Source: Bellilinea caldifistulae
Lineage (GTDB): Bacteria; Chloroflexota; Anaerolineae; Anaerolineales; Anaerolineaceae
Length of the DNA stretch: 32,000 nt
Reading direction: 5' to 3'
Assembly: GCF_001306055.1 (NCBI RefSeq)
Contig: NZ_LGHJ01000019.1
Coordinates: 150,001 to 182,000, forward strand
The notes under the pieces were generated by a model that saw only the letters and a program-made list of their open reading frames with translations, was not told where the DNA came from and ran no database searches. Shown one piece after another: positions 24,547-32,000 of this stretch. The stretch's first letter is position 1. Each line of letters begins with the position of its first letter. The position numbers and the translations under genes were made by a program.

Positions 24547-26522
24547 CATTTTCAGCCGACCTCATCCTTAAGAACGCCATTGTTGTTTCAATGGATCCTC
24601 AATTTAATCTATACGAACCCGGTGCAGTGGTGATTCGGCAACAAAACATTGTGGCTGCCGGGCGGCAAAATGAGATTTTACAGCAATACTCAGCAGAGCA
24701 GATCATGGATTGTGACGGTAAAATCCTCATGCCGGGAATGGTCAATGCTCACACCCATGTACCGATGACCTTGCTGCGCGGTCTGGCGGATGACCTGCGG
24801 TTGGATGTATGGCTGTTAGGTTATATGATGCCGGTTGAAAGGGAGTTTGTCTCACCCGATTTTGTCCGCCTCGGAACCGGTTTGGCATGTGCAGAGATGA
24901 TTCGCGGTGGAGTAACTACCTTTGCAGACATGTATTACTTTGAGGAAGACATTGCCGTGGCTACCGCTCAGGCAGGTTTACGCGGGATTTGTGGTCAAAC
25001 GGTACTGAAATTTCCAACTCCGGATGCTCAATCCTACGAAGAGTCACTTGCTTATGCCCGCGACTACATTCAACGTTGGAAGAATCACCCCCTGATCATC
25101 CCGGCAGTTGCCCCGCACGCCCCTTACACCTGTACAGACGAAATCCTACGAGCCTGCGCACAACTGGCCATTGAGATGGATGTCCCCCTTCACATCCACC
25201 TTTCCGAAACTGCTCAAGAAGTAGAAAATATGCGCCGCGAACAGGGTATGCCGGTGATTCCCTTTGTCAAGAAACTGGGTTTACTGGATGCCAAAGTCAT
25301 TGCAGCCCACTGCGTCCATGTTGACGAAGGCGAAATGCGCACATTTCAACACTACAACACCGGTATTGCCCACAACCCATCCTCAAACCTGAAATTAGCC
25401 TCCGGCATTGCTCCGGTAAAGAAGATGCTCGAATTGGGGCTGAACGTAGGCATCGGCACAGACGGGCCGGCATCCAACAACGACCTTGATATGTTCGAAG
25501 AAATGCGCCTGGCATCTTTTCTGGCAAAGGGTTCCAGCGGCGACCCAACGGCTTTGCCGGCTTTGGAAACTTTAGCCATGGCAACCAGCATCGGCGCAAA
25601 AGCCCTGCATGTGGGTCATCTGACCGGTTCGATTGAGGCGGGCAAACGAGCTGACTTAATTTTGCTCGATCTGACACCAGTACACAACTCTCCTCGTTTT
25701 CAACGAGACCCGCAGGGTATTTATTCTCAGATTGTTTATGCCGCCAAGGCAATGGATGTGACTGATGTAATGGTCAACGGTCAATGGTTGATGCGTGACC
25801 GCAGGCTGCTGACCCTCAACGAAGAAGAAATGCTGCGCGAAGCCGAGGATTACGCCCGTCGGATTGACATATTCCTCATCCAACGCGAAAAATCGCTGCT
25901 TTCCAAATTGCTTGCCCTGGGAGAAGCAACCGAAGAGGAAGAATCCTTTGAAGTTCAAGTCAAAGTACCCGTGGAAAGTATCGCCGGAATTCAGGAACGG
26001 CTCCTGGATCCCGCCTTCGAAATTTTACGCACCCGTCACTATCGTGAGTATGATGTATATTTCAATTTCCCGCCTCCAGAAGAATCCCGGCTGCGCTACC
26101 GCGAAGACCATTTTATCACCCCTAGCGGTGAAGTCAGCCGGGTGCGCACCCGTTTGACCCTCCTCGGCCCAACCCGTGAATATTCTTTCCCGCAAAAAGT
26201 GCTACTTTCCCGCAGCCGTTATTTAGCCACTGCTACACAGAGTTTACGTTTCTACCGCGAGTACTTCAAACCCGTCAGCGAAACGGAAATTGAAAAAGAA
26301 CGATTGCGCTATCTGGTACGCTACCAGGAAACCGAATTCTTCATCAACCTTGATCATCTGCACAAACCCGACCTGGGTAATTTTCTGGAAATCAAAAGCC
26401 GCACGTGGAGTCGCAAAGACGCCGAGTTGAAATCCCGGCTGGTGGTGGAAATTTTAGAAAAATTAGGAGCATCACCCCAACAAACCATCTCCCAGGATTA
26501 TATTGAACTGGTTAACACCTGA
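24543..26522 (+). CDS. Amidohydrolase (MtaD-type MTA/SAH/adenosine deaminase-like) fused to a C-terminal CYTH domain
   Basis: 659 aa. The metal ligands VNAHTHVPM, HLSE, AAHCVH and GTDG are typical of MtaD/SsnA-type deaminases. A CYTH-like domain follows after about residue 468. The ATGA overlap links it to the cinA-like gene. Confidence 0.8.
   Translation: MTFSADLILKNAIVVSMDPQFNLYEPGAVVIRQQNIVAAGRQNEILQQYSAEQIMDCDGKILMPGMVNAHTHVPMTLLRGLADDLRLDVWLLGYMMPVEREFVSPDFVRLGTGLACAEMIRGGVTTFADMYYFEEDIAVATAQAGLRGICGQTVLKFPTPDAQSYEESLAYARDYIQRWKNHPLIIPAVAPHAPYTCTDEILRACAQLAIEMDVPLHIHLSETAQEVENMRREQGMPVIPFVKKLGLLDAKVIAAHCVHVDEGEMRTFQHYNTGIAHNPSSNLKLASGIAPVKKMLELGLNVGIGTDGPASNNDLDMFEEMRLASFLAKGSSGDPTALPALETLAMATSIGAKALHVGHLTGSIEAGKRADLILLDLTPVHNSPRFQRDPQGIYSQIVYAAKAMDVTDVMVNGQWLMRDRRLLTLNEEEMLREAEDYARRIDIFLIQREKSLLSKLLALGEATEEEESFEVQVKVPVESIAGIQERLLDPAFEILRTRHYREYDVYFNFPPPEESRLRYREDHFITPSGEVSRVRTRLTLLGPTREYSFPQKVLLSRSRYLATATQSLRFYREYFKPVSETEIEKERLRYLVRYQETEFFINLDHLHKPDLGNFLEIKSRTWSRKDAELKSRLVVEILEKLGASPQQTISQDYIELVNT
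25944..26492 (+). other. CYTH (CyaB/thiamine-triphosphatase-like) domain
   Basis: The N-terminal strand FEVQVKV corresponds to the ExExK position. Basic strands RLRYRE and RTRLTL are present, and the late strand is GNFLEIKS, where CyaB-type proteins have FLEIE. Confidence 0.6.
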
Positions 26523-26555
26523 TCATTCATGTCACCCCAAGGAGAACGAGCCAGG

Positions 26556-28037
26556 ATGACGAATTCCACTCAAAAACCCACATTGAATGTGCTGTTTCTG
26601 GCATCAGAAGCCGCCCCCTTGGTTAAGGTGGGTGGACTGGGAGATGTAGCCGGTTCCCTGCCGCCCGCTTTACGCCGGTTGCAGCCTCCCCTCTGGTCAG
26701 GGCCGCAGCTGGATGTCCGCCTGGTGCTGCCCTTCCATGAGGAAATCAAACTCAAAGTTCGCGAACCACGTTTTGTGGCTTCTTTTCTGGTTGACCACCC
26801 CGGAGAAGACCTGCCTGCCAAAGCCTTTCTAACCGAAGTGAATGGATTGCCGGTTTACCTTATCGAAGGCCCTCCCATTTTACCGGACATGCCTGTTTAC
26901 AGTAGCGATGCTGCATTGGACGGAGAAAAATATGTATTCTTTTCTCTGGCCGTATTGGAAATGTTGAAACATCTGGATTGGCAACCGGATATCCTTCATG
27001 CCAACGACTGGCACACCGCCGCAAGCCTGTATGCTTTACAAATCCGGCAAAAAGACCAGCCCGAATTTCAAAAAATCCGAAAGGTTCTCAGCATTCACAA
27101 CCTGCCCTTCATGGGAAAAGACGCCGAAGAGGCCATGATCAAGTACGGCATACCTCGTTCAAAAGATAAGCGGCTGCCCAAATGGGCGACCCTGTTTCCC
27201 CTGCCCTTAGGATTACTGGCAGCGGATCGAATTATTGCGGTTTCGCCGGGGTATGCCAGAGAAATTTTGACACCCGAATTTGGCTGTGGTTTACAGGACT
27301 TTCTCAAAACCCGCCGTTCCTCAATCACAGGAATTTTGAATGGTCTCGATCAAGACTCCTGGAACCCACAAACCGACCCGGCCTTGATTGAACGATATTC
27401 CATAGAAACCCTGGAAAAGCGTTCCCTGAACAAGAAAACCCTTCAGGAAGATTTAAGCCTGCCGGTCGAATCAGATACACCACTGCTCATCATCATCAGC
27501 CGGCTGGATCAACAAAAAGGAATTGATATTGCCATCGCTGGCCTGCGCCAGATGGCCAATCGCAACTGGCAACTCGTCCTTCTCGGAACCGGTGACCCGT
27601 TGTTGGAAAGCGATTGCCGCAGTCTGGAAGCCGAATTTCCCGACCGGGTACGCGCCATCATCCGCTTTGATGCGGGTTTTGCCCGGCGGATGTATGCTTC
27701 TGGCGATGTCCTCCTGATGCCCTCCCGCTACGAACCGTGCGGGCTGGCACAAATGATCGCCATGCGGTACGGTTGTGTACCATTGGCACGCGCCACCGGA
27801 GGGCTGAGGGATACTATTCAAGATCAGGATGATCCAGCCCAATCCACCGGCTTTCTGTTTGAGGAGGCTTCTCCTCAGGCATTTGCACAAGCGTTGGAAC
27901 GCGCCTTGATCCTGTATCCCAATACCGAAATCTGGCGTATGATACAACGCAACGGCATGCAGCAGGATTTCTCCTGGGAAAAATCAGCCATTGAGTACGC
28001 CAAAATTTATCTCGAACTTGCGGAGCAGACCAAATGA
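26556..28037 (+). CDS. glgA: Glycogen synthase
   Basis: ..[20 protein letters not shown].. is the KxGGL motif, and the C-terminal ..[13 protein letters not shown].. also matches. The start is 26556 or 26529. It overlaps glgC (ATGA). Confidence 0.9.
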   Translation: MTNSTQKPTLNVLFLASEAAPLVKVGGLGDVAGSLPPALRRLQPPLWSGPQLDVRLVLPFHEEIKLKVREPRFVASFLVDHPGEDLPAKAFLTEVNGLPVYLIEGPPILPDMPVYSSDAALDGEKYVFFSLAVLEMLKHLDWQPDILHANDWHTAASLYALQIRQKDQPEFQKIRKVLSIHNLPFMGKDAEEAMIKYGIPRSKDKRLPKWATLFPLPLGLLAADRIIAVSPGYAREILTPEFGCGLQDFLKTRRSSITGILNGLDQDSWNPQTDPALIERYSIETLEKRSLNKKTLQEDLSLPVESDTPLLIIISRLDQQKGIDIAIAGLRQMANRNWQLVLLGTGDPLLESDCRSLEAEFPDRVRAIIRFDAGFARRMYASGDVLLMPSRYEPCGLAQMIAMRYGCVPLARATGGLRDTIQDQDDPAQSTGFLFEEASPQAFAQALERALILYPNTEIWRMIQRNGMQQDFSWEKSAIEYAKIYLELAEQTK

Positions 28038-29290
28038 AAATCCGAAGTCTGATACTCGCTGGCGGTGAAGGTACTCGTCTCAGTATCCTGACCGCCAAAC
28101 GCACCAAACCAGCCGTACCCTTTGCCGGAAAGTATCGGATCATTGATTTCCCCTTATCTAACTGTGTCAATTCACGCATTTTCGATGTCATGTTGGTTGC
28201 TCAATATCGCCCCCATTCGCTGATTGAGCACATCGGCGCCGGCGGCCCGTGGGATTTGAACCGCGATTTCACCGGCGGGGTGCGGATTCTCACCCCCTAC
28301 CGGGCACGTGGGTCAACCTGGTTTGTCGGTACAGCAGATGCCGTTCAGCAAAACTTTACCTTCATCAAACGCGGCAACATTGATACGATTTTGATTCTTT
28401 CTGGCGATCACATCTACGCCATGGATTACAACCCAATGATCGAATTTCATCAAAAAAATCAGGCTGAAGTTACCGTGGCTGTGATCAATGTCCCCATCGA
28501 GGAAGCCTCGCGCTTTGGCATTGTCGGCATTGATGAAAATCACCGAATCACCTCCTTCGTGGAAAAACCGGAAAATCCCCCATCCACTCTGGCAAACATG
28601 GGGATTTATTTGTTCAATCTGGATATCCTCAACGAAGCACTGTGGGAAGATCACCTCATGCAGGATTCCCAGCATGACTTTGGCAAGAACATCCTTCCGC
28701 GTCTGGTTGAAACCGGCCGGAGAGTGTTTGCCTACCAGTATGAAGGGTACTGGATGGATGTTGGAACCGTGCAATCGTACTGGCAGGCACACATGGACCT
28801 ATTGTGCGATCCACCGGCTTTCAACCTGTACCGACCCGATTGGATCATTCATACCCGAACAGAAGAACGACCACCGGCCTTGCTCCAAAAGGGTTCGACA
28901 GTCGAGGATAGTCTGATTTGCCACGGCTGTCTGATCGAAGAAGGTGCCAGTGTGATTCGTTCGGTATTATCACCGGGTGTTGTCATCCGTTCAGGCTGTC
29001 ATGTGGAGGACTCGATCATCCTCACGAATACGGTTGTAGATCAAAACACCCGTATCCAGCGTTCCATTTTGGATAAACGTATTCAGGTCGGAAAAAATTG
29101 TCAAATCGGCGAATTATTGGACGGCCGGCTCGAATTTGCCATGATTGGGAGAAACAGCATTGTACCGGATGGCACAATCGTGCACGCCGGTGGTACGGTT
29201 GGAACGGATGTGGTATCATCAGACTATCCGGGTAATGAGGTGAAACCCGGTGAATACGTTCAAACACGGAGATTACCCAATGAAATTTAA
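28034..29290 (+). CDS. glgC: Glucose-1-phosphate adenylyltransferase
   Basis: [37 protein letters not shown] is the canonical GlgC N-terminus, and the protein has a left-handed beta-helix C-terminus. Confidence 0.92.
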   Translation: MKIRSLILAGGEGTRLSILTAKRTKPAVPFAGKYRIIDFPLSNCVNSRIFDVMLVAQYRPHSLIEHIGAGGPWDLNRDFTGGVRILTPYRARGSTWFVGTADAVQQNFTFIKRGNIDTILILSGDHIYAMDYNPMIEFHQKNQAEVTVAVINVPIEEASRFGIVGIDENHRITSFVEKPENPPSTLANMGIYLFNLDILNEALWEDHLMQDSQHDFGKNILPRLVETGRRVFAYQYEGYWMDVGTVQSYWQAHMDLLCDPPAFNLYRPDWIIHTRTEERPPALLQKGSTVEDSLICHGCLIEEGASVIRSVLSPGVVIRSGCHVEDSIILTNTVVDQNTRIQRSILDKRIQVGKNCQIGELLDGRLEFAMIGRNSIVPDGTIVHAGGTVGTDVVSSDYPGNEVKPGEYVQTRRLPNEI

Positions 29291-30818
29291 ACGCGCCGCG
29301 GGAATCATCCTTCACCCGACCAGTTTACCCGGCCCAGATGGGATTGGCGACCTAGGGCCGGAGGCATACCGTTGGATCAACTTCCTGGCCGAGTCTGGAT
29401 GTAAGTTGTGGCAAGTTTTGCCGCTTGGTCCAACCGGTTATGGCGATTCTCCTTACCAGTGTTTTTCGGCATTTGCCGGAAATCCCTATCTGATTAGTCC
29501 GGCACTGCTTCTGGAAGATGGTCTTTTACGACGGAGTGACCTGACCGACCGCCCAGAATTCAATCCCATTCGGATTGATTACGGTCTGGCCATCAACTGG
29601 AAGTTAAAGATTCTTGACAGGGCCTACGAGAACTTCAAGCACCAGAAAAACCCCACCCTGAACAATGCATATCGCCGATTTGTCGAAGAGGAAGCGGATT
29701 GGCTGAATGATTTTGCCCTCTTCATGGCAATCAAAGAAGCCAATGGCGGTGTTTCGTGGGATCATTGGCCAAAAGAACTACGAACCCGCCAGCCGCAGGC
29801 CATTGACCAATTTAAACAAAGCGAGGCCGACCGCATTCAACGCCACGCCTTCCGACAGTTTTTGTTTTTCCGCCAGTGGCTTGACCTGAAGGCATACGCC
29901 AATCAAAAAAATATCCTGATCATCGGCGATATTCCAATATTTGTTGCCTATGACAGCGCGGACGCCTGGTCTAACCCGGAGTTGTTCTATCTGGATGAAG
30001 AAGGCAAACCCACCGTCGTAGCGGGTGTTCCGCCGGATTACTTCTCACCAACCGGCCAATTATGGGGAAATCCTCTCTATAAATGGGAAATCCATCGCCA
30101 GCAAAACTTCCGCTGGTGGATTCGGAGGATGCAGGCCACGCTGCGTCTCGTGGATATTGTCCGATTGGATCATTTCCGCGGATTTGCCGGTTACTGGGAG
30201 GTTCCTTTTGGCATGCCCACAGCGGAAATTGGCCGCTGGGTGAAGGGGCCTGGTAAAGAACTGTTCAACGCTATTCGCGAAGCCCTCGGCGATCTTCCCA
30301 TCATCGCTGAGGATTTGGGGGTAATCACCCCGGACGTCGTCGAATTACGCGATTCGTTCAATCTTCCCGGCATGAAGGTCTTTCAATTTGCCTTCACCAC
30401 CGACCCGCTGGATCCCTTCCTGCCGCACAACTACGAAACCAATTGCGTTGCTTACACGGGTACCCACGACAACGATACTGCCCTTGGCTGGTATCAAAGT
30501 GCACCCGAAAAAGAACGGGATTTTATCCGCCGCTATCTCGCACGATCCGGGGAGGATATCTCCTGGGACATGATTCGGGCTGTCTGGTCTTCGGTAGCCG
30601 TCTTTGCCCTTGCGCCCATGCAGGATGTACTTGGACTTGGGAATGAAGCCCGTATGAACCTGCCGGGGCGAGCCAGTGGTAACTGGTGCTGGAGGCTTCA
30701 CCCTGAAGCCTTCAACCCCGTGATTTTGAAACGGCTTAAAGAAGTCAATTACCTGTATGCCCGCACCGACATTGAGCGAACTGCCCAAACCGAATTACCC
30801 CCCAATTATCCGCTGTAA
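29280..30818 (+). CDS. malQ: 4-alpha-glucanotransferase (amylomaltase)
   Basis: ATG at 29280 lies 8 nt after GGAG ([18 protein letters not shown].., the canonical MalQ start). Other matches are ..GDSPYQ.., DHFRGF, EDLG and YTGTHDND. It overlaps the glgC 3' end by 11 nt. Confidence 0.92.
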   Translation: MKFKRAAGIILHPTSLPGPDGIGDLGPEAYRWINFLAESGCKLWQVLPLGPTGYGDSPYQCFSAFAGNPYLISPALLLEDGLLRRSDLTDRPEFNPIRIDYGLAINWKLKILDRAYENFKHQKNPTLNNAYRRFVEEEADWLNDFALFMAIKEANGGVSWDHWPKELRTRQPQAIDQFKQSEADRIQRHAFRQFLFFRQWLDLKAYANQKNILIIGDIPIFVAYDSADAWSNPELFYLDEEGKPTVVAGVPPDYFSPTGQLWGNPLYKWEIHRQQNFRWWIRRMQATLRLVDIVRLDHFRGFAGYWEVPFGMPTAEIGRWVKGPGKELFNAIREALGDLPIIAEDLGVITPDVVELRDSFNLPGMKVFQFAFTTDPLDPFLPHNYETNCVAYTGTHDNDTALGWYQSAPEKERDFIRRYLARSGEDISWDMIRAVWSSVAVFALAPMQDVLGLGNEARMNLPGRASGNWCWRLHPEAFNPVILKRLKEVNYLYARTDIERTAQTELPPNYPL

Positions 30819-30822
30819 AACC

Positions 30823-31761
30823 TTATGATGATTCTCGATTGGCGAGGGAAGCAAGGTAAATACCGCCCAAAATCATTCCCCCGCCAATGACCTCATTTAA
30901 AAGCGGAGTTTCTCGCAAGAAGATCATCGCCAGAATAGTTGCTCCCACCGGTTCCCCCAACAAAGCCAGAGAGACGAAAGTGGCCGGCAAATAACGCAGT
31001 GCCCAATTGAAAGATGAATGACCGATCACCTGCGGGATGATGGCCAGCAGTAAAAACCACCCGAATACGGGCAATGGGTAAGCCGTAAAGGAATACCCCA
31101 TTACCGCTGCCATGCCGATCAGGATAACCGCGGCCGTTGAATACACCATCAGGATGTATGACCTCAAAGAGATCATTGGGCGAATTTTCCGCCCAACCAA
31201 CAGGTAGCCGGCTGCCATCCATGCCCCCATCAGCGCCAGTAGATTACCTAAGAGAGCCTTTCCCTGGAAAAAAGAACCCAGCGAGGTACACACCAAGCGG
31301 CTTTGTTGCCACACACAAGCCTGACTGGCAGCCACTACCACACCCCCGCTGAGAGCCAGCCCCAAACCCCACCATACTTCTTTCTTCATCCTTTCTCTTA
31401 AAAACAATGGTGAGAAAATCGCAACCCACAAGGGGGTGGTGGTAACCAGCACAACCGAACTGGCGACCGAAGTGAGCTCGAGCGAGATAATCCACGTTGC
31501 AAAATGAACCGCCAGAAAAACCCCTGCCAGCAGTGCTTGAAGTTTGCCGTTTATCGGTAAAGTGCTCACTTCGCGTTGTGCCTGTCGGAGAGAAAATGGC
31601 ATTAAAATCAAACTGGCCAGTCCCAAACGATAAGCCGCAATAATCAAAGATGGCGCTTGCTGTTGTGCATAACGGATGAAAATGGCCGCCGTGGAAACCG
31701 CCAGGATGCCAGTTATTAAGATGAATGGGGAAAAACGGGATGATTTCTGCGGTGAGATCAT
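30823..31761 (-). CDS. EamA/DMT family transporter
   Basis: About 10 TM helices arranged as two EamA-like halves. The start is uncertain: ATG 31761 is preferred over TTG 31797. Confidence 0.75.
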   Translation of the reverse strand: MISPQKSSRFSPFILITGILAVSTAAIFIRYAQQQAPSLIIAAYRLGLASLILMPFSLRQAQREVSTLPINGKLQALLAGVFLAVHFATWIISLELTSVASSVVLVTTTPLWVAIFSPLFLRERMKKEVWWGLGLALSGGVVVAASQACVWQQSRLVCTSLGSFFQGKALLGNLLALMGAWMAAGYLLVGRKIRPMISLRSYILMVYSTAAVILIGMAAVMGYSFTAYPLPVFGWFLLLAIIPQVIGHSSFNWALRYLPATFVSLALLGEPVGATILAMIFLRETPLLNEVIGGGMILGGIYLASLANRESS

Positions 31762-31790
31762 AATCACCCTATTATATCGCGGAGGAATGC

Positions 31791-31819
31791 TTGACAAACA
31801 GGTATCGGCTGGCTAGAAT
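31791..31819 (+). promoter_or_regulatory. Near-consensus sigma70-type promoter reading toward the window end
   Basis: TTGACA (31791-31796), 17 nt, then TAGAAT (31814-31819). A GGAGG SD (31989-31993) and an ATG at 31998 open a gene that continues outside the window. Confidence 0.5.
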
Positions 31820-32000
31820 AACTTTATCCCAATATTACAAAACTGGTCGGAAAATCAAATAATGGCCGAGGGGAGGTGTCTGGAGTCAAGAAATCCCATG
31901 AATTTACCCACATCATTTTGATTCAATTTTTCTCCGGTATTCGCTTACTTTCCCTCTGCATTCAAATTCTGTCCATTTCATCCAAACGGAGGTTACGATG

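Noticed and set aside
31862-31921. A 19-codon ORF (MAEGRCLESRNPMNLPTSF) in the long leader could be a leader peptide.
   Set aside because: It has no SD, no run of regulatory codons and no obvious alternative terminator/antiterminator pairing. The only nearby stem is a weak 7-bp AT-rich pairing.

Overview
This is a dense, mostly housekeeping chromosomal segment with about 33 protein genes. I saw no rRNA, tRNA, CRISPR array, IS element or integrase by eye. Gene order: kbl/bioF-like fragment, degV, oversized HAD-like protein, membrane protein, corA, orphan ACP, sucD-sucC, a two-gene SPFH module, then a Tad/Flp pilus locus. The Tad locus holds two tandem 48-aa flp pilin genes (below the 60-aa ORF-track cutoff), cpaB, REC-cpaE/tadZ, cpaF/tadA, tadB and tadC. 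Next come comFC, hpf, efp with two co-transcribed unknown genes, a membrane protein, ftsH, miaA and yraN. A tightly coupled cinA-like / deaminase-CYTH fusion / glgA / glgC / malQ operon follows, then an EamA transporter. SD sites are GGAGG-type and several near-consensus sigma70-type promoters and hairpin terminators are readable. The secretin-less Tad locus and long-form HPF suggest a monoderm-type bacterium, possibly Chloroflexota/Anaerolineae-like; this is a guess without a database search. Most worth a second look: (1) EF-P with Arg32 inside a Lys-type KPGRG loop, in an operon with a Cys-rich protein and a HAD-DinB fusion, which is a candidate undescribed EF-P modification module. (2) A self-contained SPFH (YdjI/COG4260-like) protein fused to an excisionase-type HTH, with an unknown helical partner. 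(3) A minimal Tad locus with mosaic flp paralogs, a fully canonical receiver domain on TadZ, and comFC directly downstream. (4) An MTA/SAH-type deaminase fused to a CYTH domain with substituted acidic motifs, embedded in a glycogen operon. All functional calls rest on motif recognition and remembered family features, not on searches.
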